Origin: a virus
Taxonomy: Duplodnaviria; Heunggongvirae; Uroviricota; Caudoviricetes
Virus record (IMG/VR): IMGVR_UViG_2695420539_000016
Length of the DNA stretch: 37,459 nucleotides
Direction: 5' to 3' (one strand)
Shown here: one piece after another, positions 36,926 through 37,459 of the stretch
Layout: the number at the start of each line of letters is the position of its first letter
Position numbering within the stretch: position 1 is the stretch's first letter
Translations under genes and position numbers: made by a program
Notes under the pieces: model-generated
What the model was told of the DNA's origin: nothing
Seen by the model: only the letters and a program-made list of their open reading frames with translations
The model's database searches: none

Positions 36926-37459
36926 TTAATCGTATTTTGGCCATACTTTCAATGCAATTTCCCCCAACTTTTTACCTCGCTCCTGTATTTCACTCTCATC
37001 CCATTTATCCTTAAGTATAAGTGGTATGTTCAGTCGTAGATTGGTGTGGACGATGAGAGCATCACGTTTTTTCAGAAATACAGCATTCTGAACGGAACGG
37101 TTTACGCTAAGGTTAAGCAAAGTTAGATTTCCCAACGTAGCTATCGCTTGTTGCCGTTTCCTTACCAGTAGCTGTTCAGGGGTAAGATCGGTTCCAGACA
37201 GAACAATTTGGTTCATTACCGTAGCATCTGAATTTGTCACCATATGACCATTTTCGAGAGGCCAACAGGAATACCAACTTTGAGGCATAAGATGATCGAT
37301 ATCGAGATTAGAAAGATTTGGAACATCAGGCTTTTCTGTCTTCACTTGGCGACAAAGTTCTCTTTCAAGTTCCGTTAACATTGAGCGCATTTTCGGTGCG
37401 TCGAGCCTGCCAGGATAAAGTGGAGCATTGATGCAAGCGTTGAGAAATTCTGAGTCCCC
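36926..37459 (-). CDS. GmrSD/BrxU-type DUF262/DUF1524 gene, 3' portion (gene runs off the window end)
   Basis: C-terminal residues identical to the 629-aa protein. Confidence 0.75.
   Translation of the reverse strand, partial: GDSEFLNACINAPLYPGRLDAPKMRSMLTELERELCRQVKTEKPDVPNLSNLDIDHLMPQSWYSCWPLENGHMVTNSDATVMNQIVLSGTDLTPEQLLVRKRQQAIATLGNLTLLNLSVNRSVQNAVFLKKRDALIVHTNLRLNIPLILKDKWDESEIQERGKKLGEIALKVWPKYD

Larger units (their letters stand above)
11370..37459 (+). mobile_element. Mosaic prophage, late half (YdfU/Q early-late boundary through tail fibres, invertase stub and defence gene); truncated at its left end by the joint to the bluR fragment and continues past the window end
   Basis: Contiguous co-oriented phage late genes in canonical order. 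Confidence 0.8.
35103..37459. repeat. Direct repeat of 4691..7047 (offset 30412 bp); truncated by the window end
   Basis: Identical ORF translations and shared hairpins at constant offset. Confidence 0.85.

Noticed and set aside
11204-37459. Transposable Mu-like phage
   Set aside because: Only the tail/baseplate module is Mu-like; there is no transposase and no Mu-type end, and the early-late boundary (YdfU-like, Q) and the icd attachment relic indicate a lambdoid site-specific integrating phage
1-37459. tRNA, rRNA or integrase genes
   Set aside because: No cloverleaf-like GC-rich segments recognised in the intergenic regions and no tyrosine or serine integrase ORF (beyond the invertase stubs); the prophage left end with int is outside the window

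Overview
Enterobacterial (Escherichia-type) DNA from the locus downstream of icd. It holds the chromosomal genes ycgX-like, iraM, an icd 3' fragment (icdC) and a 3' stub of a BluR/MlrA-type regulator, plus the late half of a mosaic prophage: YdfU-like DUF968 gene, Q antiterminator, lysis cassette (two holin-like genes, GH19 endolysin, Rz/Rz1), HNH endonuclease, small and large terminase, HK97-type portal/protease/capsid, Mu-type contractile tail and baseplate, and a Gin/Pin-type invertible tail-fibre switch. The prophage right end carries only a decayed 5' stub of the pin invertase, followed by a 629-aa DUF262/DUF1524 (GmrSD/BrxU-type) candidate type IV restriction enzyme in the slot where E. 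coli K-12 e14 has pinE-mcrA (recalled from memory). Three AT-rich moron cassettes with their own promoter/terminator signals interrupt the late operon (about 13.2-14.6 kb, 16.4-16.8 kb and 29.2-29.8 kb); the first, a small winged-helix protein plus a multi-pass membrane protein, is the best candidate for an undescribed defence or exclusion module. The topology is anomalous: 1..4690 is the reverse complement of 6223..10912, so the first invertible segment is flanked on both sides by the same right-flank DNA; 4691..7047 recurs as a direct repeat at 35103..37459 (offset 30412 bp); and a novel chromosome::phage joint lies near 11.4 kb. Sequence alone cannot decide between real recombinase-driven rearrangement/amplification and an assembly artefact. 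All family assignments are from motifs read by eye and recalled homologues; no search was run.
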